64,000 bases of DNA from Fidelibacterota bacterium (lineage in GTDB: Bacteria > Fidelibacterota > Marinisomatia > Marinisomatales > S15-B10), in assembly GCA_046861655.1 (NCBI GenBank), contig JBHIAI010000001.1:32001-96000 (forward strand), in the 5' to 3' direction. Position numbers and translations under genes: made by a program. The notes under the pieces are model-generated. The model was given only the letters and a program-made list of their open reading frames with translations. It had not been told where the DNA came from and made no database searches. Shown here piece by piece: positions 1 through 9,803 of this stretch. Each line of letters starts with the position of its first letter. Within the stretch, counting starts at the first letter, position 1.

Positions 1-1
1 C

Positions 2-2746
2 CATCGATCTCCAGGTCTGGGGGACTACGATGTCCCCTTCTATCCTGAGGGAACGTACCTGCCTGACGTGACCTCTCCCGGTGACTTCCTGGGATTCGAG
101 CTGGGGTCAAGGCCGGTAACCCACGAAGAGGTGCTGGGTTACTTTGAATACCTGAATGAAGCCTTTTCTAACGCTTCCCTGCATACGTATGGTCATACCT
201 ATGAAGGGCGGAGGTTGGTGTATTTGGTGATTACCTCAGAGGACAATTCCCGGGGGTTGGAGGCCATCCGGGAAAGGCTGGGGAAGCTCGCCGATCCCAG
301 GACCCTCAAAAGAGAGGGGGAGGCGGACAGGATTATCAAAACGACGCCGGCAGTGGCCTGGATGGCCTATGCCATTCACGGCGACGAACTTTCCAGCACC
401 GATGCGGCCCTTCAGCTCGCCTACCAGCTCCTGGCGGGAACCGATGCAGTGAGTGAAAAGATCCGGGATAACCTGGTGGTGTCCATCGATCCACTTCAGA
501 ATCCGGACGGCCGTACCCGGTTCGTGGGCCAGCTGGAGCAGGTCAACAGCGCCATTCCCAGCACCGATACCCAGAGCCTCCAGCACCGGGGCATGTGGCC
601 CTGGGGTCGCGGAAACCACTATCTTTTCGATCTAAACCGGGACTGGTTCTGCCTGGTTCATCCTGAGACCAGGGGCAAGGTGAAGGCCATTCTCCACTGG
701 CACCCCCAGCTGGTGGTGGACTGTCATGAAATGGGTGCGTACGACACCTACTTATTCAATCCACCGCGGGAACCCTACAATCCCTTCATGTCCTCCCAGA
801 TCCAGAAATGGTGGGAGGTGTTCAGCCGGGATCACGCGCGAGCTTTTGACCGGTATGGATGGAGCTATTACACCCGGGAATGGAACGAGGAACTCTTTCC
901 TGGATACGGCAGTTCCTGGCCCATCTATCTCGGGGCAGTGGGGATTCTCTATGAACAGGCTGGCGTGGACGGGTCTCAGGTGAAGCGGCCCGATGGGACC
1001 GTCATGACCTACCGGGAGACAGTCCATCATCAATTCATCAGTTCCATGGCCAATCTCACCACCGCCAGTGAGAACCGCCAGGCTCTTCTTCGTGATTATT
1101 ATGAACAGAGGAGGGAGGCCGTCGACTCGGGAGCTCGATCCGGGACCCCGCCCAGACGGGGGGCATTCCTGGTTCCGGCCACGACCAACCAAAGCAGGCT
1201 GGTGGAGTTTGCCGAAACGCTTCAAGCCCAGGGGATCGAAATTCAACAGGCCACAGTACCGTTCAAAGAAAGAGGGGTTGTTTCCCGGGACGGGCAGGAA
1301 ACGAGGGAAATGACGTTTCCGGAAGGAACCCTGATCATACCCCTGAATCAGCCTCACCGCAATCTGGTGGAAGCTATTCTTACGTTTGACATCCGGCTGC
1401 CCACGGCATTTCTGGAAAAGGAAAAAGAGTCCCGCCTGAAGAAAGGGGAGACGAAAGTATACGATGTAACGGGTTGGTCATTGCCCCTGGCCTACGACCT
1501 GGAAACCTACGTCTCCGGATCCGTTCCGAGCGTGAAAAAACGACCGTTTGCATCTCCGGGATGGGAAGGGAAGGTGGTGGGATCTTCTCCTCGCGTGGGG
1601 TACCTTTTTTCCGGGGCGGACGACAGGAGCTATCTAGCCGCTGCCCGTTTTCTTGAGAAAGGGGTCAACCTCTGGTGTTCAAGAAAACCTTTTGAAGTGG
1701 AAGGAAGGGAGTATCCCCGGGGGAGTTTTCTGCTTCGGCTGTCGGCCAATCCGGACCTGGATCGTGATCACGTGGAAGCTGTCGCCCGGGAGGCAGGAAT
1801 TACCATCTATGGAGTGAACACGGGTCTGGCATCATCGGGATCGGACCTGGGCGGAAATGAATTCGTGAGACTGGTCCCACCCAAAATTGCGGTGGTGGCG
1901 GGCTCTCCCATGTCTACCTACAGTGTTGGAGCGGTATGGCACCTCATGGACCACAGGATGAAAATGCGCATTTCCCTCGTTCATGCCATGGACTTGGGAT
2001 CCATGGATCTCAGAAAGTATAACGTGTTGCTGCTGCCCGGTCTCTGGGGAGGTCCCCAGGTCTACAAACGGATTCTGGGCGATTCTGGGATGGATCGGCT
2101 CCGGGATTGGGTCAAGGATGGGGGAACCCTGGTGGCCGTGGGAACGGCCAGCGCCTTTGTTGCCGACACGTCTGTAGCCTTCACAGGGGTGAGACAGAAG
2201 CGGCAGGTCCTGAGTGACTGGCAGAGTTATGAGGCCGCCCTACGGCTGGTCCGGGAAGCGGAGGCACCGATGGTGGACAGTCTGGACGTATGGGAAGCCC
2301 GGATGCCTGAAGAAAAAATGGACAAAGAACCTTCGTTGGAGTTGTCTGAGCTGAAACTTGCGGACGAGACCGCCCGGAAGCTATCTCCCGGTGGGACCAT
2401 TCTTATGGCCAATCTGGATACGGAACACTGGTTGAGCTTCGGCTGCGGCAAGGATGTCCCGGTGCTGGTCAATACGTCGTATGCCTATGTGGCGAAAACG
2501 ACCGAGGTGGCGGCCCGGCTGGCCCCGGCCGAGAGCCTAAGGCTGTCCGGCCTTCTGTGGCCCGAAGCCCGGGACCGTTGGGCCGATACGATCTATGCTG
2601 GCCGGGAAGCGATGGGGAGGGGTCAGGTTATCCTGTTTGCCACTCAACCGAATTTTCGGGGTTACTTCCGGGGAGGGGAAAGAATGCTTCTCAATGCCCT
2701 CATCCTGGGGCCCGGTTTTGGTACTCATACTGGAGTGGAGTGGTGA
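2..2746 (+). CDS. M14 family zinc carboxypeptidase with C-terminal GATase-like domain (5' end outside window)
   Basis: Frame is open from base 2. Motifs IHGDE, NPDG, DLNRDW and DCHEMG are typical of M14 peptidases. Confidence 0.9.
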   Translation, partial: HRSPGLGDYDVPFYPEGTYLPDVTSPGDFLGFELGSRPVTHEEVLGYFEYLNEAFSNASLHTYGHTYEGRRLVYLVITSEDNSRGLEAIRERLGKLADPRTLKREGEADRIIKTTPAVAWMAYAIHGDELSSTDAALQLAYQLLAGTDAVSEKIRDNLVVSIDPLQNPDGRTRFVGQLEQVNSAIPSTDTQSLQHRGMWPWGRGNHYLFDLNRDWFCLVHPETRGKVKAILHWHPQLVVDCHEMGAYDTYLFNPPREPYNPFMSSQIQKWWEVFSRDHARAFDRYGWSYYTREWNEELFPGYGSSWPIYLGAVGILYEQAGVDGSQVKRPDGTVMTYRETVHHQFISSMANLTTASENRQALLRDYYEQRREAVDSGARSGTPPRRGAFLVPATTNQSRLVEFAETLQAQGIEIQQATVPFKERGVVSRDGQETREMTFPEGTLIIPLNQPHRNLVEAILTFDIRLPTAFLEKEKESRLKKGETKVYDVTGWSLPLAYDLETYVSGSVPSVKKRPFASPGWEGKVVGSSPRVGYLFSGADDRSYLAAARFLEKGVNLWCSRKPFEVEGREYPRGSFLLRLSANPDLDRDHVEAVAREAGITIYGVNTGLASSGSDLGGNEFVRLVPPKIAVVAGSPMSTYSVGAVWHLMDHRMKMRISLVHAMDLGSMDLRKYNVLLLPGLWGGPQVYKRILGDSGMDRLRDWVKDGGTLVAVGTASAFVADTSVAFTGVRQKRQVLSDWQSYEAALRLVREAEAPMVDSLDVWEARMPEEKMDKEPSLELSELKLADETARKLSPGGTILMANLDTEHWLSFGCGKDVPVLVNTSYAYVAKTTEVAARLAPAESLRLSGLLWPEARDRWADTIYAGREAMGRGQVILFATQPNFRGYFRGGERMLLNALILGPGFGTHTGVEW

Positions 2747-2781
2747 CCCACATGACGAATCAAGCATGACTGGAGGGAACC

Positions 2782-4089
2782 ATGTCATCCATGGATCGAC
2801 GGGAATTCCTGGGGTCGGTGATTAAACCCGCCGCGGTTGTCTGGGCTGCCGCCGTGTTGACTCCTGCGGGGATGAGCCGGGCCCTGGCTGCAGTGTCGGG
2901 GACGCGGCGAAAGGCCAGTGACCTGGCCGGGGATGAAGCCTTCTGGTTTGAGATCCAGCAGGCGTACACCACTGACCGGAGCTTGATAAACTTGAACAAT
3001 GGAGGTGTCAGTCCTTCGCCGGTAGGCGTCCAGGAGGCCATGAAGCGCTATCTGGATTATTCCAACACCGCGCCGGCTTATTCCATGTGGCGGATTCTGG
3101 AACCCCAGCGGGAAACGGTCCGGCGAAGACTGGCCCGGTTCTTTCAATGTGACCCTGAAGAGATTGCTCTTACCCGGAACGCCTCGGAAGGACTGGAAAT
3201 CTGCCAGCTCGGGTTTGACCTTGAAGAAGGGGATGAAGTTCTGACTACCAACCAGGATTATCCCCGGATGATCAACACCTTCAAACAAAGAGAGTGCCGG
3301 GAAGGCATTGTGCTGAAACAGTTTTCCCTCCCCGTTCCCGCCGAGGACGAGAATGAAATCGTTCACCTGTTCGAGTCCCACATCACCTCCGGAACCCGTC
3401 TCATCTTGATGTGCCATATGATCAACATCACTGGACAAATCCTGCCGGTCAAGAAAGTGGTCCGCATGACCAGGAAGAAAGGTATTCCCGTCATCGTGGA
3501 TGGGGCCCACGCCTTTGCCCACTTTCCCTTTTCTGCCCATGATTTGGACTGTGAATACTATGCTACCAGCCTCCACAAGTGGCTGTGTGCCCCTCACGGA
3601 ACGGGCATGCTGTACGTGCGCAAGGACAGGATAGAAGACCTCTGGCCTCTCATGGCGGCCGAGGAATGCGCCAGTGACGATATCCGGAAGTTTGAGGAAA
3701 TCGGGACCCATCCAGCGGCCAATTTCCTGGCCATCGGCGATGCCCTCACCTTCCACCAGGGCATAGGATCTGCCCGGAAACAGGCCCGGTTGATCTACCT
3801 CCGGGACCGGTGGGCGACACGGCTGAAGGAGTACGACCAGGTCCGTTTGCATACGAGTTTGAAACCGGGTAAGGCCTGTGGGATAGCCACCGTACAGATC
3901 GAGGGTATCGACGCCGAGGCGATTACCCAGCATCTGTGGAAGGCATACCGAATCCTTGTGACAACGATCAAGCATCCTGAGTTCGAGGGGGTCCGGGTGA
4001 GTCCGCATGTCTACACCACCCTGGAGGAAATCGACCGTTTCGCGGAGGCGATGGAACAGATCATTCGACAGGGAATCCCCGAGTCATGA
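2782..4089 (+). CDS. Class V PLP-dependent aminotransferase (cysteine desulfurase/isopenicillin N epimerase-like) with Tat-like leader
   Basis: LNNGG, DGAH and SLHKW (PLP lysine) motifs; N-terminal DRREFL twin-arginine motif; GGAGG RBS. Confidence 0.88.
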   Translation: MSSMDRREFLGSVIKPAAVVWAAAVLTPAGMSRALAAVSGTRRKASDLAGDEAFWFEIQQAYTTDRSLINLNNGGVSPSPVGVQEAMKRYLDYSNTAPAYSMWRILEPQRETVRRRLARFFQCDPEEIALTRNASEGLEICQLGFDLEEGDEVLTTNQDYPRMINTFKQRECREGIVLKQFSLPVPAEDENEIVHLFESHITSGTRLILMCHMINITGQILPVKKVVRMTRKKGIPVIVDGAHAFAHFPFSAHDLDCEYYATSLHKWLCAPHGTGMLYVRKDRIEDLWPLMAAEECASDDIRKFEEIGTHPAANFLAIGDALTFHQGIGSARKQARLIYLRDRWATRLKEYDQVRLHTSLKPGKACGIATVQIEGIDAEAITQHLWKAYRILVTTIKHPEFEGVRVSPHVYTTLEEIDRFAEAMEQIIRQGIPES

Positions 4090-4535
4090 CCTGGGCCTGG
4101 GCAGTCATAAGTCTTTCCCTCCTGGTCATGGCCTTTGCCAAACAGGAGCCGGGGCGTAGAACGATTTCCACCCCCAGGGCCCCGGCGGCCATGGGCCCCT
4201 ATTCCCAGGCGGTTCAGGTGGGAAACACCCTGTATCTGGCGGGCCAGATCGGACTGGACCCTTCCACGGGTGAACTGGTTGAAGGAGGTATCGAAGCCGA
4301 AACCCGCCAGGCTCTCGAAAACCTTGCGGCAATCCTCGATGAGGCAGGGTTTACGTTCGTGGATGTGGTGCAGGTCCAGGTTTTCCTGGCCGACTTGGAG
4401 GACTACGGGGCCATGAACCGGGTGTATGGAACTTATTTTGCCGCCGCTCCGCCCGCCAGGGCTGTGGTGGAAGTCTCGAAAATCCCCAGGAATGCCCAGG
4501 TGGAAATTACGATGATCGCCGTGTCCGGCCGGTGA
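4086..4535 (+). CDS. RidA/YjgF family enamine-imine deaminase with hydrophobic N-terminal extension
   Basis: APAAMGPYSQAV, GQIG, PPARAVVEV and VEI motifs. Confidence 0.9.
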   Translation: MTWAWAVISLSLLVMAFAKQEPGRRTISTPRAPAAMGPYSQAVQVGNTLYLAGQIGLDPSTGELVEGGIEAETRQALENLAAILDEAGFTFVDVVQVQVFLADLEDYGAMNRVYGTYFAAAPPARAVVEVSKIPRNAQVEITMIAVSGR

Positions 4536-4574
4536 GAACGGGTTGACCCTGGGGAGAAAAGAGGAACGGACGTC

Positions 4575-5129
4575 ATGGCCTACATAAGGGTGATTTCCCC
4601 CGAAGGGGCAGAGGGAACGGTGAAGGTGGAGTACGAGAAGGGGATTCGCCGGGCGGGCCGGGTGTCTAACATCTTGAAAATCATGAGCCTGAGCCCTGAG
4701 TCTCTGAAGACCTCTATGCGGTTTTATTTGGCCGTTATGAAGGGGCCGTCAGCGTTGTCGCGGGCCCAGAGGGAACTGCTGGCGACGGTAGTTTCTCATT
4801 CCAACGACTGCTTCTACTGACTTGAATCCCATGGCGACGACTTCCGGGCTGAAGTCAAGGATGATCGGCTGGCCGAACACGTGAAGAGGGACTGGAGGAC
4901 GGCTCCCCTTAGTGAGGCGGACCGGGCCCTGTGCCGGTGGGCGGTGAAACTGACTCTAAGCCCGTCCCAGATGACGGGGGAAGATGTGAACGGCCTTCGC
5001 AAGGCCGGATTCTCCGATGAAGCCATCAGCGACGCTGCCCAGGTGGTGGGGTATTTCAACTACATCAACCGGATCGCCGATGGGCTCGGAGTTGATCCCG
5101 AACCGGAGATGGTGAAGAAAAAGCGCTGA
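4575..5129 (+). CDS. AhpD/carboxymuconolactone decarboxylase-like peroxidase, probable selenoprotein (TGA 4818-4820 = Sec, CxxU)
   Basis: Track ORFs 4575-4820 and 4881-5129 are in one frame and read NDCFY*LESHG...FNYINRIADGLG. The only stop lies at the second Cys of the AhpD CxxC motif, and a hairpin follows it. Confidence 0.85.
4821..4862 (+). promoter_or_regulatory. Putative bacterial SECIS element
   Basis: GACTTC (4839-4844) pairs with GAAGTC (4851-4856) around a CGGGCT loop that starts 24 nt after the UGA and has G at loop position 2. A lower ATCC/GGAT pairing is possible. Confidence 0.7.
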
Positions 5130-5220
5130 ATTTATGGATTGAGCCTTTGGAGTCGACGGTCGTATATTGTTTCAGATTTCCTCCCGGAAAGACAATCTTG
5201 CCTCAGGAGGGTGCACCTAG

Positions 5221-5907
5221 ATGAGCCCTAAGAAACTGATTTCCTTTCTTATCATGTTTTCCTTTCTCTGTTATGATATCGCCTTGGCGTTCGCCCCTCA
5301 AGATGACAAAATCACGATTGCCATCGTGGATTTCAGGAATACGGGCCAGGACATGGATCTCAATTATTTGGAGAAGACTATTCCCGAGGCCATCATCACC
5401 CGGATGGCCAGAGGCGGCCAGCTGGAAATCGTGGAGCGGGCCCGCATGCAGGAGGCCCTCAAGGAGATGCAACTGGGGATGGCCGGAGTGGTGGACGAGC
5501 AGACGGCGGTCGAACTGGGACGGGCGGTAGGAGCCAGCGCGATTCTTCTTGGCAGTTTTGTTTCCATTGGTGAGGTAATCCGGATCAACGCCCGGCTGAT
5601 TGATGTTCAAACCAGTAGAATCATCAAGGCCGAGAGCGTTCAAGGACAGGTGGGAGAGGAGATTTTTGACCTGATGGACCAGATGGCCGAGTCCATGGAA
5701 ACCCAGTTGGTGGGCGAAACAGGCAGAACCGTTCAAGTTCAGCCCATCCCTGTAACCCGGGAAGAAAGGAAGGAAGAAAAGGAAAGAAAGCCTTTGTTCA
5801 GCAGGTGGTGGTTCTGGGCCGGCGTAGCAGTGGCTGGCGGAGTGGCTGTGCTTCTGCTGACCCAGGAAAAGACATCTACAGTGAATATCACGGTCAATAT
5901 TCCATGA
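5221..5907 (+). CDS. CsgG/FlgO/TolB-N-like exported protein with C-terminal membrane segment
   Basis: Signal peptide; IAIVDF, VERARMQEALKE, ELGRAVGA and INARLIDV motifs; WWFW hydrophobic tail. Confidence 0.8.
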   Translation: MSPKKLISFLIMFSFLCYDIALAFAPQDDKITIAIVDFRNTGQDMDLNYLEKTIPEAIITRMARGGQLEIVERARMQEALKEMQLGMAGVVDEQTAVELGRAVGASAILLGSFVSIGEVIRINARLIDVQTSRIIKAESVQGQVGEEIFDLMDQMAESMETQLVGETGRTVQVQPIPVTREERKEEKERKPLFSRWWFWAGVAVAGGVAVLLLTQEKTSTVNITVNIP

Positions 5908-5937
5908 TAACGATAGGGTAGCGTACGGGTCAACACC

Positions 5938-7335
5938 ATGCATTTAAAGCACATCATCTTCTCAGTCATGGCCGTTCTTATGGGTTTTTCTTGTTCACAC
6001 AAAAACCCCCTTGCTGGAGGTGAGGGCGATAGCACGGTGAGCATGGAGATATTGTTTGTGGAGAATGGGTCTCACCTTGGATCTGACGGACTGGGAAAAG
6101 TGGCAACAATTACCGAGGTCACGGTCACGGTGACGGGCCCGGATATGAGTACGGTGACGGAGGCGCTAACGGTTGATTTAGAGAACAATCGGGCTACGGG
6201 TTCTGTCGAGGTGCCCAAGGGTGATGACCGGACGTTCGAGGTGGATGGGGAAGATGCGAATGGGATCGTTCAGTTCAGTGGTTCAGCGACGAAGAACATC
6301 ACGAAGGATACGGAGACAGTGGAGATTGACGTGTCCTGGATCCCGCCCGATCCTGCCGATGTGACCATCTCCAATATCACCAGCTCCACCGTGAACATAT
6401 CTTGGACTGCCACGGATGCTTCCGATTTTTACTTTTATCGTATCCTCCTTTCAACCTCTCCCCAGTTGGATGTTACAGATGATCAGCTTGGAGACGACAT
6501 ATATGATCGTGACGCTACAAGTTGGACTATTTCTGAGTTGACGGACAACACGACCTATTATGTCGCCGTGATTGTAGTGGATACGGAATTGTGGTTCACG
6601 AGTGGTCTGCAGTTTGGTACTCAAAGCTCAATTGTCCAGAGTTTCACTACTGCACAGTCGCTTCTGCTAAGCTATGATGACGATTCCATGGAGTACGTCG
6701 TTTCGACGGAAGGATCAGGATATGGATATTTTGTCTTTTTTACCTGTCCATCCTATCCATGCTATATCAGAGGTACTGGACTCTATCTCCAGGACACCTC
6801 CGACGAGGACGATAACTACCGTTTGGTAATATCAACCAGTGAAAACATCCTGGACCAGGTAGCACCCACCATTGCGGGAGAAGATTGGGTTTGGTTTGAT
6901 ATGGATTTGATTTGGGAGACCCGGGATCAGGGCACTGTAGCAGAAGATTTCATTGCAGGTTTCCAATACACTAAGGACAACGGCTGGCCAAAAATTGGAA
7001 TGGATGACACGTCGCCATCTTCAGGACGGTCATTCAGGTACAACCCCTCTGCGGGCGAATTTGAGACGAGGGACTATGATTTGGGAATAAGAATGATCGT
7101 GGAAATAGGAGGCGGCGGGAGCACTGTGGTTGCCAATCAGGAAGTCCCAACTGAGATTGACAAGAGGTTTAGTATTCGCCCACCGACACTCCTAAGGCAT
7201 ACCAAGGGTCCTGGGGTAGAGCATCGCATAGCTGCAAAAAGACCGGTATTCGGAGGATCATCGAATGGTTCGGAAGCCGGTCATTTATTCGATTCAGCTT
7301 CAACTACAGGGAAGCCTGCCTTGGATAGAAACTGA
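5938..7335 (+). CDS. Lipoprotein with fibronectin type III domain
   Basis: Lipobox-like GFSC; FN3 pattern (ISW...ISELTDNTTYYVAV). Confidence 0.75.
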   Translation: MHLKHIIFSVMAVLMGFSCSHKNPLAGGEGDSTVSMEILFVENGSHLGSDGLGKVATITEVTVTVTGPDMSTVTEALTVDLENNRATGSVEVPKGDDRTFEVDGEDANGIVQFSGSATKNITKDTETVEIDVSWIPPDPADVTISNITSSTVNISWTATDASDFYFYRILLSTSPQLDVTDDQLGDDIYDRDATSWTISELTDNTTYYVAVIVVDTELWFTSGLQFGTQSSIVQSFTTAQSLLLSYDDDSMEYVVSTEGSGYGYFVFFTCPSYPCYIRGTGLYLQDTSDEDDNYRLVISTSENILDQVAPTIAGEDWVWFDMDLIWETRDQGTVAEDFIAGFQYTKDNGWPKIGMDDTSPSSGRSFRYNPSAGEFETRDYDLGIRMIVEIGGGGSTVVANQEVPTEIDKRFSIRPPTLLRHTKGPGVEHRIAAKRPVFGGSSNGSEAGHLFDSASTTGKPALDRN

Positions 7336-7504
7336 GTCACAGTTACTTCTAATCCATCGATCCCAGCCCAGCAGTTACCATTCATACCATTGATAGCGAC
7401 CATGTTGTTCTGTAGATTTTCCCGTCCGTGAGCATGAACGGAAATAGCGTGAGAATAAACTGAACGAGTGGATTTTCCTTAGATAGAAACGGGGGATATT
7501 AATC

Positions 7505-7966
7505 ATAAGAATCTATCTCGTCCAGCACGGTGAGTCCCAGTTCAAGGAAGTTGACCCCGAGCGGGGATTGACGGACAAAGGTAAGGAAGACGTTACCCGG
7601 GTGGCGGCCCTTCTTATCAAGGGGGGTGTTCTGGTAAAGCGGATTCTGCACAGCGGCAAGAAAAGAGCCGAACAGACCGCCCTGTTGCTACAGGACTGTC
7701 TGGCTCCAGGAGGTGAATTCGGTGAAACCGACGGCATTGCCCCTCTTGATTCGATAGAGCCGGTGGCTGAAGAGGTGCAGGATTGGCAGGAAGACACCAT
7801 GCTGGTGGGGCATCTCCCGTTCATGGCAAAACTCGTTTCCCGATTGACTTGCGGGGATGAAGATGCGGCCCTGGTGGAATTCAAACCCGGCTCAGTGGTG
7901 TGCCTGGAACGGCAGGAGACGGGAGCCTGGGTCATGGCCTGGATGGTCCGACCGGAATTGCTTTAA
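7505..7966 (+). CDS. sixA: Phosphohistidine phosphatase SixA (apparent ATA start)
   Basis: In-frame IRIYLVQHGE...DPERGLT, HSGKKRAEQTA and LVGHLP motifs; in-frame TAG at 7484; G-rich RBS-like GGGGGA at 7491-7496. Confidence 0.85.
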   Translation: MRIYLVQHGESQFKEVDPERGLTDKGKEDVTRVAALLIKGGVLVKRILHSGKKRAEQTALLLQDCLAPGGEFGETDGIAPLDSIEPVAEEVQDWQEDTMLVGHLPFMAKLVSRLTCGDEDAALVEFKPGSVVCLERQETGAWVMAWMVRPELL

Positions 7967-8161
7967 CGACAATCTACATTCTTTGACCAGCGGGTGATTT
8001 TTGACAGGTAAGAAAGATGAGCCTTTTAAGATAGAAAAGGACTACAGCCCAATCAAAAATGACGCCCCTGCGCTTGAGAAAGCTCAGGGGCGGCTTATGT
8101 CCCAAATAAGGACCGAGATAGGAAATAGTGGAGGCTGAGAACTGGGGAAGCCGGATTTCAC

Positions 8162-8190
8162 TTGACTTTACCAATGAAGTATAGTATACT
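8162..8190 (+). promoter_or_regulatory. Sigma70-type promoter for the ATPase gene
   Basis: TTGACT-N17-TATACT. Confidence 0.65.
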
Positions 8191-8218
8191 TTGAAGTATA
8201 ATACTTGTAAGTATACAA
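8182..8218 (+). repeat. Left arm of 37-bp imperfect inverted repeat flanking the ATPase gene
   Basis: TAGTATAC-N4-AAGTATAATACT-N5-GTATACAA; its reverse complement occurs at 9631-9667. Confidence 0.85.
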
Positions 8219-8231
8219 ACAGCCATAGGGG

Positions 8232-9629
8232 ATGTTCGTCGACCGAATTAAGGAACTCAGGCATCTGAACCGCGTCTTCAAAGGAGGTGGAGCCCGTCTT
8301 CTCATTGTCTATGGTCGACGGCGGGTTGGCAAGACCGAACTTCTCAGACAATTCTTAAAGGACAAAAAGCACCTGTTTTTTTCATCCGATCTTTCTTCCG
8401 AGCACGAGCAACTCAGACAATTCACGGAAAGGATATATCAACTGACGAACGATTCATTTTTGCAGGAGCAACCTTTTACCTCCTGGGAAGCTTTATTAAG
8501 ATATGTTTTTGACAATGTTGACGATAACGTACCTATCGTCATCGATGAATTCCCTTACTTATGTCTCAGCAATCGTGCGCTTCCCTCCGTACTGCAGAAA
8601 ATCTGGGACGAGAGAGTCTCTACAAGTGAGATCTTTCTTGTGTTATGTGGATCTTACATGAGTTTTATGGAAAAAGAGGTATTGAGTAGCAAAAGTCCGT
8701 TATTTGGGCGACGGTCTGGACAAATGGTTCTCCAGCCGTTGGGCTTTCACGACATCGGCGGTTTTTTCCCTAGTTATTCAATCTGGCAAAGGGTTCACGT
8801 TTATGCGATACTTGGAGGCACCCCGGCTTATCTATTGCGATTCAGTGATAAAAAGACGATAGAGAAGAATATAAAGGATGAGATCTTGAACAAACACGCC
8901 ATGCTTTATAGTGAGCCTCGTTTCTTACTTTTGGAAGAATTGCGCGAACCGTCCACCTACTTTTCAATACTCAGGGCGGTAGCCTTTGGGAAAACAAGAT
9001 TGAATGAGATAGTTCTGGAGACAGGAATAAGTGACAGGCACAAGGTAAACAAATACCTGGCAGTTCTTCGTGAGTTGCACATAATCAGAAGGGAAGTCCC
9101 TGTTACTGAGGATAAACCTCACAAATCTAGAAAAGGCATCTACAAGCTTGAGGATCCGTTTTTCAGATTTTGGTTCCGGTATGTGTTCCCTAACGTCAGT
9201 TATCTTGAGGAAGGTGACATCGATTATGTGTGGACGGAAAAAATAAAGGTTGACCTTGGTAGCTTTATTGGATTCATATTTGAAGACATATGCATACAGC
9301 AGATGAAAAGGCTAAACCGTAATGGTGAACTGCCGTTCAAAGCAAAAAAGATCGGGCGATGGTGGGATGCAAAAGATGAGATTGATATTGTTGCTTTAGA
9401 TGATGCCAGTTCGTACCTGTTTTGCGAATGCAAGTGGACGGGCAGAAAAATCGGATTAGATGTATTGAATCAGTTGCAACATAAGGCAGACAGATTTTCG
9501 GGGGTTACAAGAAGATACTTTGGCTTATGGTCAAAGTCAGGTTTTACTGAACAGCTGCAGGATGTCTCTCGGAAACGGACGGATGTTTTGCTGTTCGGCT
9601 TTCCCACGGTGTCACGTGGAGATCGATAG
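8232..9629 (+). CDS. Archaeal-type AAA ATPase with wHTH and DUF234 (PD-(D/E)XK-like) C-terminus
   Basis: Walker A YGRRRVGKT, Walker B IDEFPY, LGGTP, DPFFRFWF and EIDIV...ECKW motifs; visibly more AT-rich than its neighbours. Confidence 0.9.
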   Translation: MFVDRIKELRHLNRVFKGGGARLLIVYGRRRVGKTELLRQFLKDKKHLFFSSDLSSEHEQLRQFTERIYQLTNDSFLQEQPFTSWEALLRYVFDNVDDNVPIVIDEFPYLCLSNRALPSVLQKIWDERVSTSEIFLVLCGSYMSFMEKEVLSSKSPLFGRRSGQMVLQPLGFHDIGGFFPSYSIWQRVHVYAILGGTPAYLLRFSDKKTIEKNIKDEILNKHAMLYSEPRFLLLEELREPSTYFSILRAVAFGKTRLNEIVLETGISDRHKVNKYLAVLRELHIIRREVPVTEDKPHKSRKGIYKLEDPFFRFWFRYVFPNVSYLEEGDIDYVWTEKIKVDLGSFIGFIFEDICIQQMKRLNRNGELPFKAKKIGRWWDAKDEIDIVALDDASSYLFCECKWTGRKIGLDVLNQLQHKADRFSGVTRRYFGLWSKSGFTEQLQDVSRKRTDVLLFGFPTVSRGDR

Positions 9630-9630
9630 G

Positions 9631-9667
9631 TTGTATACGGAAGAGTATTATACTTACGCGTATACTA
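9631..9667 (-). repeat. Right arm of 37-bp imperfect inverted repeat flanking the ATPase gene
   Basis: TTGTATAC-N5-AGTATTATACTT-N4-GTATACTA, separated from the stop codon by 1 bp. Confidence 0.85.
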
Positions 9668-9803
9668 CGTTATGGGAAAACTTGTTTTCTGGGCGGTTAC
9701 GGCGAAAGACAGCGTCCTTACTTTCACCCCCCAGAGTCCCTAAATTACCGGCCAGTCAAAGGCCCAGCCCTTGACGGGATGGCAATTAGATCGGCGACCG
9801 TTC

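Noticed and set aside
2785..4008. 407-aa minus-strand ORF and similar long antisense ORFs (44082-44990, 54326-55402, 56590-57507)
   Set aside because: They lie opposite well-supported genes, have no motifs, and are expected in GC-rich DNA.
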